Assembly (NCBI GenBank): GCA_051362555.1
Contig: JBPQGU010000016.1
Span: 6,386,001 to 6,450,000, forward strand
DNA from: Lingula anatina
Taxonomy: Eukaryota; Animalia; Brachiopoda
Direction of reading: 5' to 3'
DNA length: 64,000 nt
The notes under the pieces were generated by a model. The model saw only the letters and a program-made list of their open reading frames with translations, was not told where the DNA came from and searched no databases. Every line of letters starts with the position of its first letter. Position 1 is the stretch's first letter. The position numbers and the translations under genes were made by a program. This document shows positions 51,301 to 62,397 of the stretch, in pieces.

Positions 51301-54300
51301 TGAAGTGACCCGGGCGCGTTTCCACATTTTTTATGAATGACAGGTGTGGTAGATTGATTTTCGTCACTTTTTGGAAAAATCGGAGACGGGTCAATTTTTG
51401 GTGATTTTGAGTGATTTTGAACAGTGCCGGCACTGTGAGATTTCTTCAATTTTGGCCAGGTAGGGATGAAAATTTTTTTTCTTCATTATAGTGTCAGGTA
51501 GGTGTGTTCGGTCATTTGTAGTAAGAATAAAGTGCTGGAAGAGTGGTGGTGTCAACATTAAGGAAGAAATAGAGCAAAAACTCTCTCTCCCCCCCCCCCT
51601 CTCAGATTCTGTTCTCAGAGCTTATTTTTGGATCAACTTTAAAGCTAGAATTGGGGGCCTTGATGAAGTGACCCGGGCGCGTTTCCACATTTTTTATGAA
51701 TGACAGGTGTGGTAGATTGATTTTCGTCACTTTTTGGAAAAATCGGAGACGGGTCGATTTTTGGTGATTTTGAGTGATTTTGAACAGTGCCGGCACTGTG
51801 AGATTTCTTCAATTTTGGCCAGGTAGGGATGAAAATTTTTTTTCTTCATTATAGTGTCAGGTAGGTGTGTTCGGTCATTTGTAGTAAGAATAAAGTGCTG
51901 GAAGAGTGGTGGTGTCAACATTAAGGAAGAAATAGAGCAAAAACTCTCTCTCCCCCCCCCCCCCTCTCAGATTCTGTTCTCAGAGCTTATTTTTGGATCA
52001 TCTTTAAAGCTAGAATTGGGGGGCCTTGATGAAGTGACCCGGGCGCGTTTCCACATTTTTTATGAATGACAGGTGTGGTAGATTGATTTTCGTCACTTTT
52101 TGGAAAAATCGGAGACGGGTCGATTTTTGGTGATTTTGAGTGATTTTGAACAGTGCCGGCACTGTGAGATTTCTTCAATTTTGGCCAGGTAGGGATGAAA
52201 ATTTTTTTCTTCATTATAGTGTCAGGTAGGTGTGTTCGGTCATTTGTAGTAAGAATAAAGTGCTGGAAGAGTGGTGGTGTCAACATTAAGGAAGAAATAG
52301 AGCAAAAACTCTCTCTCCCCCCCCCCTCTCAGATTCTGTTCTCAGAGCTTATTTTTGGATCATCTTTAAAGCTAGAATTGGGGGCCTTGATGAAGTGACC
52401 CGGGCGCGTTTCCACATTTTTTATGAATGACAGGTGTGGTAGATTGATTTTCTCACTTTTTGGAAAAATCGGAGACGGGTCGATTTTTGGTGATTTTGAG
52501 TGATTTTGAACAGTGCCGGCACTGTGAGATTTCTTCAATTTTGGCCAGGTAGGGATGAAAATTTTTTTTCTTCATTATAGTGTCAGGTAGGTGTGTTCGG
52601 TCATTTGTAGTAAGAATAAAGTGCTGGAAGAGTGGTGGTGTCAACATTAAGGAAGAAATAGAGCAAAAACTCTCTCTCCCCCCCCCCCTCTCAGATTCTC
52701 TTCTCAGAGCTTATTTTTGGATCATCTTTAAAGCTAGAATTGGGGGCCTTGATGAAGTGACCCGGGCGCGTTTCCACATTTTTTATGAATGACAGGTGTG
52801 GTAGATTGATTTTCGTCACTTTTTGGAAAAATCGGAGACGGGTCGATTTTTGGTGATTTTGAGTGATTTTGAACAGTGCCGGCACTGTGAGATTTCTTCA
52901 ATTTTGGCCAGGTAGGGATGAAAATTTTTTTTCTTCATTATAGTGTCAGGTAGGTGTGTTTGGTCATTTGTAGTAAGAATAAAGTACTGGAAGAGTGGTG
53001 GTGTCAACATTAAGGAAGAAATAGAGCAAAAACTCTCTCTCTCCCCCCCCCCCCTCTCAGATTCTGTTCTCAGAGCTTATTTTTGGATCATCTTTAAAGC
53101 AAGAATTGGGGGCCTTGATGAAGTGACCCGGGCGCGTTTCCACATTTTTTATGAATGACAGGTGTGGTAGATTGATTTTCGTCACTTTTTGGAAAAATCG
53201 GAGACGGGTCGATTTTTGGTGATTTTGAGTGATTTTGAACAATGCCGGCACTGTGAGATTTCTTCAATTTTGGCCAGGTAGGGATGAAAATTTTTTTCTT
53301 CATTATAGTGTCAGGTAGGTGTGTTCGGTCATTTGTAGTAAGAATAAAGTGCTGGAAGAGTGGTGGTGTCAACATTAAGGAAGAAATAGAGCAAAAACTC
53401 TCTCTCCCCCCCCTCTCAGATTCTGTTCTCAGATCTTATTTTTGGATCATCTTTAAAGCTAGAATTGGGGGCCTTGATGAAGTGACCCGGGCGCGTTTCC
53501 ACATTTTTTATGAATGACAGGTGTGGTAGATTGATTTTCGTCACTTTTTGGAAAAATCGGAGACGGGTCGATTTTTGGTGATTTTGAGTGATTTTGAACA
53601 GTGCCGGCACTGTGAGATTTCTTCAATTTTGGCCAGGTAGGGATGAAAATTTTTTTTCTTCATTATAGTGTCAGGTAGGTGTGTTCTGTCATTTGTAGTA
53701 AGAATAAAGTGCTGGAAGAGTGGTGGTGTCAACATTAAGGAAGAAATAGAGCAAAAACTCTCTCTCCCCCCCCTCTCAGATTCTGTTCTCAGAGCTTATT
53801 TTTGGATCATCTTTAAAGCTAGAATTGGGGGCCTTGATGAAGTGACCCGGGCGCATTTCCACATTTTTTATGAATGACAGGTGTGGTAGATTGATTTTCG
53901 TCACTTTTTGGAAAAATCGGAGACGGGTCGATTTTTGGTGATTTTGAGTGATTTTGAACAGTGCCGGCACTGTGAGATTTCTTCAATTTTGGCCAGGTAG
54001 GGATGAAAATTTTTTTCTTCATTATAGTGTCAGGTAGGTGTGTTCGGTCATTTGTAGTAAGAATAAAGTGCTGGAAGAGTGGTGGTGTCAACATTAAGGA
54101 AGAAATAAAGCAAAAACTCTCTCTCCCCCCGCCCTCAGATTCTGTTCTCAGAGCTTATTTTTGGATCATCTTTAAAGCTAGAATTGGGGGCCTTGATGAA
54201 GTGACCCGGGCGCGTTTCCACATTTTTTATGAATGACAGGTGTGGTAGATTGATTTTCGTCACTTTTTGGAAAAATCGGAGACGGGTCGATTTTTGGTGA

Positions 54301-56629
54301 TTTTGAGTGATTTTGAACAGTGCCGGCACTGTGAGATTTCTTCAATTTTGGCCAGGTAGGGATGAAAATTTTTTTTCTTCATTATAGTGTCAGGTAGGTG
54401 TGTTCTGTCATTTGTAGTAAGAATAAAGTGCTGGAAGAGTGGTGGTGTCAACATTAAGGAAGAAATAGAGCAAAAACTCTCTCTCCCCCCCCTCTCAGAT
54501 TCTGTTCTCAGATCTTATTTTTGGATCATCTTTAAAGCTAGAATTGGGGGCCTTGATGAAGTGACCCGGGCGCGTTTCCACATTTTTTATGAATGAAAGG
54601 TGTGGTAGATTGATTTTCATCACTTTTTGGAAAAATCGGAGACAGGTCGATTTTTGGTGATTTTGAGTGATTTTGAACAGTGCCGGCACTGTGAGATTTC
54701 TTCAATTTTGGCCAGGTAGGGATTAAAATATTTTTTCTTCATTATAGTGTCAGGTAGGTGTGTTCGGTCATTTGTAGTAAGAATAAAGTGCTGGAAGAGT
54801 GGTGGTGTCAACATTAAGGAAGAAATAGAGCAAAAACTCTCTCTCCCCCCCCCCTCTCAGATTCTGTTCTCAGAGCTTATTTTTGGATCATCTTTAAAGC
54901 TAGAATTGGGGGCCTTGATGAAGTGACCCGGGCGCGTTTCCACATTTTTTATGAATGACAGGTGTGGTAGATTGATTTTCGTCACTTTTTGGAAAAATCG
55001 GAGACGGGTCGATTTTTGGTGATTTTGAGTGATTTTGAACAGTGCCGGCACTGTGAGATTTCTTCAATTTTGGCCAGGTAGGGATGAAAATTTTTTTTCT
55101 TCATTATAGTGTCAGGTAGGTGTGTTCTGTCATTTGTAGTAAGAATAAAGTGCTGGAAGAGTGGTGGTGTCAACATTAAGGAAGAAATAGAGCAAAAACT
55201 CTCTCTCCCCCCCCTCTCAGATTCTGTTCTCAGAGCTTATTTTTGGATCATCTTTAAAGCTAGAATTGGGGGCCTTGATGAAGTGACCCGGGCGCATTTC
55301 CACATTTTTTATGAATGACAGGTGTGGTAGATTGATTTTCGTCACTTTTTGGAAAAATCGGAGACGGGTCGATTTTTGGTGATTTTGAGTGATTTTGAAC
55401 AGTGCCGGCACTGTGAGATTTCTTCAATTTTGGCCAGGTAGGGATGAAAATTTTTTTCTTCATTATAGTGTCAGGTAGGTGTGTTCGGTCATTTGTAGTA
55501 AGAATAAAGTGCTGGAAGAGTGGTGGTGTCAACATTAAGGAAGAAATAAAGCAAAAACTCTCTCTCCCCCCGCCCTCAGATTCTGTTCTCAGAGCTTATT
55601 TTTGGATCATCTTTAAAGCTAGAATTGGGGGCCTTGATGAAGTGACCCGGGCGCGTTTCCACATTTTTTATGAATGACAGGTGTGGTAGATTGATTTTCG
55701 TCACTTTTTGGAAAAATCGGAGACGGGTCGATTTTTGGTGATTTTGAGTGATTTTGAACAGTGCCGGCACTGTGAGATTTCTTCAATTTTGGCCAGGTAG
55801 GGATGAAAATTTTTTTTCTTCATTATAGTGTCAGGTAGGTGTGTTCTGTCATTTGTAGTAAGAATAAAGTGCTGGAAGAGTGGTGGTGTCAACATTAAGG
55901 AAGAAATAGAGCAAAAACTCTCTCTCCCCCCCCCCTCTCAGATTCTGTTCTCAGAGCTTATTTTTGGATCATCTTTAAAGCTAGAATTGGGGGCCTTGAT
56001 GAAGTGACCCGGGCGCGTTTCCACATTTTTTATGAATGACAGGTGTGGTAGATTGATTTTCGTCCCTTTTTGGAAAAATCGGAGACGGGTCGATTTTTGG
56101 TGATTTTGAGTGATTTTGAACAGTGCCGGCACTGTGAGATTTCTTCAATTCTGGCCAGGTAGGGATGAAAATTTTTTTTCTTCATTATAGTGTCAGGTAG
56201 GTGTGTTTGGTCATTTGTAGTAAGAATAAAGTGCTGGAAGAGTGGTGGTGTCAACATTAAGGAAGACATAGAACAAAAACTCTGTCTCCCCCCATCTCCG
56301 ATTCTGATCTCGGAGCTTATTTCTGGATCATCTTTAAAGCTAGAATTGGGGGCCTTGATGAAGTGACCCGGGCGTATTTCCACATTTTTTATTAATGATA
56401 GGTGTGATAGATTGATTTTCATGACATTTTTTTTTAATTTGAGTGATTTTCATAAGTGCCAGCCATGTGAGATTTCTTCAATTTTGGCCAGGTAGGAATG
56501 AAAAAAATGTTTTTTTCATTATAGTGTCAGGTTGGTGTGTTTGGTCATTTGTAGTAAGCATAAAATGCTTGAAGAGTGGTGGTGTCAACATTATTGAAGA
56601 AATAAAGCAAAAACTATGTATACAGATTC
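6358..56629 (+). repeat. Satellite DNA array, ~362-bp monomer, ~139 head-to-tail copies
   Basis: Continuous near-identical repeats (…CTCTCAGATTCTGTTCTCAGAGC…GTGACCCGGGCGCG…ACAGTGCCGGCACTGT…GAGCAAAAACTCTCTCTC(C)n). The ~352-374 bp period is visible in the sequence and in the spacing of recurrent ORFs. No inversion or foreign insertion seen. Copy number is length divided by period. Confidence 0.99.
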
Positions 56630-56782
56630 CTGCTATATTATTATTTTATCTTTAATTTATCGAATTTTATGATGCCTTTCCTATATACATAGTCCTTTTT
56701 TAAAATAATTACCGTATCAGTTTTTTAAAACCTGGAACAAAAGTTTTCAGTTTGTCTGTCTTTTTTATTCCAACAATTTCAG

Positions 56783-57220
56783 CAGCCATTACTGTTCCCG
56801 AGACACCTTGCCTGTGCTGTCAAACGAATCCTGTTACTTACAGCACAGGAGCACCAAAGAGTTTGAAGAGTGCTTTACAAGTCATCAGTCAAATTAAGCA
56901 GAAATGGTCTTAGCTTTGCAAACCGGTGTCAAAGGGTCAAATCAAGTATTCCAAGCCTTCCAAGGACTAGTATGATGTAAGTCAGTATGGACAATATATT
57001 AAAGGTCCAAAAGCATCAAAGTCTTTAAGGTACTCGCCCCACGCCGCAGCATGTCATCGAAGAAATGACCCCTTGATGATAGGGATATGGATTGCAAGTG
57101 TTCTGGAGGCTCCAAGACAACTGTCTATAGCAGGTTCTGGTACTTGCATAGTGGGTCTTCAAACCCTTGGTATAGAAAGTACAAACCAGCAGCTTAATCT
57201 GGAAGTTAAAAAGAAAAAAC
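56783..57220 (+). other. Candidate exon downstream of the satellite array
   Basis: A strong acceptor TTTGTCTGTCTTTTTTATTCCAACAATTTCAG ends at 56782 (NAGNAG: CAG|CAG). It is followed by ~400 bp of GC-richer sequence with stops in all frames. The 3' boundary is uncertain; a possible donor GTAAGT lies at ~56977. Confidence 0.4.
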
Positions 57221-58203
57221 AGCCATAAGTCCATGCATTAAAATCATGTTGAAATCTCTTTTTGGAAATTAGAAAAACGACTATTGCAATTATTAGAGAA
57301 GGCTTAATTAACTTTGAGTGTGCATTTTTTATGAACTGATACTTCCTTGTGAACAAAAACTCTGAAAAGATTTCCACATTTTGTATTTTTGGCAATAATG
57401 AGAAATGAATGAACATTCATTGATTAATTATTATCATTATTTATTTATTCATTTATTTTTTTGCTATTTCCACTTGAGGGTGCTTACGCAAATTTGGCAG
57501 ATTTCCCAAGTTTTGGGTTAAATAATAATAATTTATTGAGCACTGAAATGTTTTTACATTTAGAAGCTCTCTAGCTACTATACATTATACATATGGAAAG
57601 ATAGTAAGGATAGTAAGTAAATGAAAGAGAAAAAAAAATTATACTTATATAATGTTACACAATATACATTCTCTTAATATCCAGGTGAGATGCATGAAAT
57701 CATTTGTGCACTTCTAGTTAATTACGTTTTTTTTTAAAGCACAATGTTGTTATTTTGGGTCTTTATGAGGTAATGTGATTTTGTCAGCATATTAGTTAAA
57801 TGAACAACTTTGTCTGGATGCCCCACTCCTGCCTCAAATGAGATTTTAAAAGCAAACATCAATATCTATAAAGACAGGTTTTAATGCTTATTTTTGAACA
57901 CATTTCACATAAATCACATTTCACATGATGATCTGGGCTGATTTTGTCAAAGTTAAAGAAACCCCATTTTGAACACTGATGACAATTTAAGTAAAACCAT
58001 GTTACTCATGGATCTCAATCTTACAGAAAAGGTAAATTGGACTGAAATACAGCTTGAGTTAGAAAACTGAACTGATTGCATTCTTTTTCTGAGAGTTATT
58101 TATTTATCTAATTATCATTATTATTATTATTTATTATTATTATTTTCAAAATATTTTTTTTTTCACATATTAGCATTTTCTTCGTGAGACTTGGAACTCC
58201 CAC

Positions 58204-58470
58204 GGGATGAAATTCCAGCTCCCACTCTCAAGCCCCTGGGGAGCTTTTTGAAATAATATAAAGATGAAGTTTGGGTCTTTTTAAAATAATTAAAATAATG
58301 ATGTCAGGAAGGTGTGTTTTGTTTTTTCTAGCCATCCACAGGTAATTTTTTTTCCCAATATTTCTTGTGAATTAAAAAAAATATTTTTCCATCCCCCTCC
58401 CCAACCTCAAACCCCTGAGGAGCTTTTTGAAGTACTATAAAGATGCAATTTGGGGATTTAATGATGAGAT
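58204..58470 (+). repeat. Degenerate ~179-bp tandem pair related to the satellite monomer
   Basis: C-rich-CTCAA-CCCCTG-GAGCTTTTTGAA-TATAAAGATG-A-TTTGGG recurs (GAGCTTTTT at 58241 and 58420). TGTCAGGAAGGTGTGTT (58302) resembles the monomer's TGTCAGGTAGGTGTGTT. Confidence 0.55.
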
Positions 58471-59012
58471 GTTGATATGTTTAGACAATTATTGTGAATG
58501 ATCCCTTTCCGTCTCAGCACTGATACTCCTCCGCACCATTACTCCCTCGCACCGATAGGCCTATACTACCCCTTACACTCCATCGACCTCACCCGCATCT
58601 TAAAGCTCCTGCAACGATACTCTCTCACAGCCTTTGTAATTGGTTAAAACTGCTACCAACAAAACACAATGATTGATCTAAAAACTCTCGAAATACTATT
58701 TTTCCGAAAGTGCACCACCCTCTTGGGACCCAAAAGTGACACATTTCATTAGAAATATTGTGGAAAAATAAGGGAATTACTAAAGTTGGTCTGCTTAGTA
58801 ACAAAGTACATAGTCGATCTAATATGTATGCAGCTCGGCTTTGTGATTATTAAGAAATATCTGTATACTTCACTTCGTTCTTCAACAGTGGTTACTGTAT
58901 ACAATATGTGCATCTTCTTGATTTGTTTATTAATTATTTTACTAAAAGTATGTTTTTAACAAAAGATAGCAAAGACGACATAATCTTTTCTTCAGGGGCC
59001 ACTCTATTCGTA

Positions 59013-59178
59013 AAAGAAATTGAAACAACAACAACAAAAAAAAAACATTGTTTAAGCGAGAAATTGCCGCCTTTGTCCTCCAGGAAATGTGAGATTCTAC
59101 AATTTAGGCTGTCCTTGGGCGATTGTAGGAACCACCCACAAAGAAATTGAAACAACAACAACAACAAAAAAACATTGT
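59013..59178. repeat. 39-bp direct repeats flanking an 88-bp segment
   Basis: AAAGAAATTGAAACAACAACAAC…AAAACATTGT occurs at 59013-59051 and 59140-59178. Confidence 0.85.
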
Positions 59179-60309
59179 GACTGAACACCTACAGTATAAT
59201 GCGCTTAAATTACTGTTTTTTCTTTACGGTTCTGTTTGTAATAGAAATCTAGGACAGAAAAAATTACAACTTGAATGTAACATCATAAATCCTTAAAAAA
59301 ATAGATAACAAATCCGATTGTGTTTATTGCCAGTATGCAGCAAGATCGTTATTAAGAAATCAATAACGAACAGCTCTCAGGGGCGAATCCAGGATTTCGA
59401 AGACTAGGTGGTTAGTTTTTATTGACCCCGCTTCTACGTGGACGGAACGGTTCATTTTTAACATTGAATAAATTAATTGAATTAATATTCATTAAAATTA
59501 AATCAAATAAAATAACGATGCATGATGATTAGTAATGCAAGATTTATGCCGCAAAGTCGCTTGTCAGACTACATCTAAGATGATCTCACGACATACTTGG
59601 GTATGGCTGTTTAGATGTAGGGGGTAGAGGCACTATTTGAAGGCAGCTGAAGGAAAAAATCGAAAGGAGTTCGATGGCATTTAGCATTACATGGTCCATT
59701 TCTCAGTAAAGAATACTAAATAAAGAAATTATACATACTTCAGGATGGCTCACTGCGGTTTTCGTCCACACATAGGCAACCAGTAATTCGGACTCTACTA
59801 GCGATAATGTAAACACACCTTGAATGCCCATTTATATATTTGCTTTTCTAGTTAAACTTAGCAATGTGTATTAATTTTGTTCGAAATAAAAAGCATTCCA
59901 CTGTAATTTGCGACCGCGTCCATGTGCACCAATGCAGGCCTATTCTATTTATGGAGATGGTCACATAATCAGCAAAACGGAAACTTAACAGGTACATGTA
60001 CAAGTTTCGAAATAAAATGTTTGTCAAACCTTTATAATATCTAGAGCTTTTGTTGTTTGAAACATGTTTAACTAAAATGTAAGAAAAACGAAAAAAGTAA
60101 GCAGCAAGCTGGTAGGCAGTAAGAGAAAGCCTGGTCTGAACACTGAATTTCTAGGTAACCATGTATTTTTCACACCCCCTAATTTCATTTCCACAACGAT
60201 CCGTGAATGAGGTTAAAAAGCAATAACATACTTGTGTGACAGAACAAAATGCTTTGTTTATTACGCCACTTTATCTTGTCAAATGAAGCATGAATTTGAA
60301 AAACCATGA

Positions 60310-60820
60310 AAACTAGAGGATCAGAGAGGTGATACCGCCTGAGGGTATTGTACCACCAGCTGGAGTAAGCTCATTCGTATAGAAAAGTGAAAAAAGGGAC
60401 ACCACCTCCAGTGTTGTGCTGGACAAGCTCTACATGCAGTAAGCAAAAGTTCTAAATAGTTTTGTTGAAAATTACCATTTAAAACAAAATCATGAGGAAA
60501 AGTAAAAGTTTAAATTCAAATTTGTGAAGTGCAGTTCATGGCAAAAAGTAGGTCAAAGCTCAATTTCAAGAACACAGATTGTCAGCATATGACTGCCTAT
60601 TCAATTTCAATAGTGATTATGGTCATATCTCTGCTAGTTTTGGAGATAGAAAAGTTGCAAAGTTGCGCGGCTCATTATAAAATCGCCACCTTTTAAAATT
60701 TCCAGTTGTACTAAGTGCACGTGGTTTGCAGATTAATTTTAGCCATTAAGAGCGTTAGATTGAAACCTTTTGCCGCTACAAATACAACAACTTGATTGAT
60801 ATCTTAGGCGATTATCAAAA
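60310..60820 (-). mobile_element. Degenerate HINE/Helentron-like element
   Basis: The minus-strand 3' end reads GGCGGT-ATCA-CCTCTC-TGAT-CCTCTAGTT (hairpin plus CTAGTT). Subterminal IRs are CGCCTGAG (60336) and CTTAGGCG (60803), with a short ACA-rich tract near the 5' end. The internal CATATGACTGCCTATT…AATAGTGATTATGG…ATCTC motif is of a type I recall from such elements. Confidence 0.55.
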
Positions 60821-60873
60821 ACAGACAATAGCAAGAATCACTTACCTGCTGTAGGTTACAAGGGCGACCAACC

Positions 60874-61087
60874 CAGGGGCGGGACCAGGATTATTTGAAG
60901 GGGGGTCCACGGATGCAAAACCGACCCTTATCTTAGAGGGCGAACGGTGCTATTTGGTACTTTTTAGAACTATGATTCGGCTAGAGAAAATACTTATTTC
61001 ATAAGGGGACCATCGGTGTGATTATTTTTAGAAACTGAAGGGGAGGAGGTCAGGACCCCCTGACCCCCCCCTCCCAATCCGCCACTG
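60874..61087. mobile_element. MITE with CAG(G/T)GGCGGA-type terminal inverted repeats
   Basis: Left end CAGGGGCGGGACCAGGA, right end TCCCAATCCGCCACTG, with G-rich/C-rich subterminal tracts. Flanks CAACC / CAACT may be a decayed TSD. Related termini occur at 59378 and 61450-61465. Confidence 0.65.
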
Positions 61088-61696
61088 CAACTACCAATGG
61101 ACCTCGGTGGACACAGGTTAATTACATATCTGGCATTTGTGCATTTAAGCTTTAAACTTAAGTTTTATAAATATTAAAGTACCTACCCTTTAACGCGAAG
61201 TAAGAATCACGGTCAGCCACCTTTGTTTATGAGACAGTAATCAGTGTTACGCCGACGACCATCACCTGATCTATTGAATTAAACGAGTGGAGTAGTAACG
61301 AACCCTTGGAACGAATTTGAGAAATAAGCAAACCTGACTTTATCGAGTGTAGGGGAGTTCGATTTTCTAAAAAAAAAAATGTATATTATATTTATAAAAA
61401 TTCAGTCGGGGTCGTAACTCCCCCCCCCCCCCCCGCCCCCACCGACCCTCCTAAATCCACCACTGGCACAAATCTTTTGTTCTGTACCATCTAAACTGCG
61501 TCACGTACAGCTCGATGTAGCGAGTCAATATAAATATAATTTCAATCGGTTGACGAGAGGAATTAAAGTGAAATTAATTTCTCTCTGGTTATGACACGCC
61601 AGAAGAGGGCGGGATTGGTGTAGGGGAGTTTTCGTGTCATTTAGGCGATTGACACGGTACTGTTAACACGCTTATGATTACGACTCCGTAGACGAC

Positions 61697-62114
61697 ATGG
61701 TTGATGAGTCCAGTGGAGGCGAACACTTTACCTTGGCTGATGTAATGAAAAAAATGGAAAGTAAAAAGAAAGAGACGAAAGACTATTTCGACCATAGACT
61801 GTCTACTTTTAATGCCGAAGCCGGTAAAAACTGAAAGTCGACAATATTTATCTTGGAAAATAGAAGGTAATCACCAGCAATTTGACTCAACAGTATTTGA
61901 AAATAAGATTATTGTGGTGAACAAACTGACAGTGCCTTACAGTCTTGGCAAGAGAAACAAACTTATCAGAATTGCTGACACTTTCGACACTGTTAAGGAA
62001 CATACTGTTAATCCTCTTGCTTGTGATTCTGAGAGCGAGAGAGCTACAAAGAAAATAAAAGAAAACAAAAAGGGAGCCAAAAAAATAAGGTTATATCAGC
62101 AGACCGACCGATAG
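61697..62114 (+). pseudogene. DIRS-type gag-like ORF1, frameshifted
   Basis: An ATG at 61697 (MVDESSGGEHFTLADVMKK…) shifts into the ORF at 61812-62114. That ORF has WKIEGNHQQF, KRNKLIRIAD and TVKEHTVNPLACDSESE, resembling the GNxxQF / KRxKLIRIAD / NPLASDSEDE motifs of invertebrate DIRS-order ORF1. Confidence 0.7.
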
Positions 62115-62397
62115 GTGTGGTGGGCGATACTTCTCAGCGGAGAAGTCTTTATCGCAGCAGCGGGTCGTGACTTTGCTTAGCTTGTTGAGGAAAGGGCCAT
62201 TTCATGCTTGAGTGACCAACTTACAGAGGGGAAAGTTATTCTACCAGAGTCCAACCCCAGAGATAAAGGAACATCTGGAATGGGATAGAAGGCGGAAGCA
62301 TTGAAAAATAGATAAGTACCCGGTACATGTATGAGTGCGTTAGTTTCAATCAAGAGTTGCATAATTATGAACATGAGCAAAATCAGAAATTCATACC

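Noticed and set aside
6358-56629. CRISPR-like or spacer-acquiring array
   Set aside because: There are no unique spacers: whole monomers are near-identical. No cas genes, and the context is eukaryotic.
6358-56629. Array as a pure assembly artefact
   Set aside because: Structured, position-specific variants, HORs and diverged edges argue for a real array. Exact copy number still needs read validation.
6205-56655. Hundreds of 60-135 aa ORFs (MLTPPLFQHF…, MPALFKITQN…, MSGRCVRSF…) as a tandem gene family
   Set aside because: They are translations of the satellite, mostly from non-ATG starts, overlapping on both strands. They are freely frameshifted by homopolymer changes and 7-bp or 1-bp indels, with no recognisable domain.
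57025-59188. Short ORFs at 57025, 57159, 58908 and 58934 (also 3120 and 4139)
   Set aside because: Low-complexity AT-rich translations without recognisable motifs; some overlap repeats.
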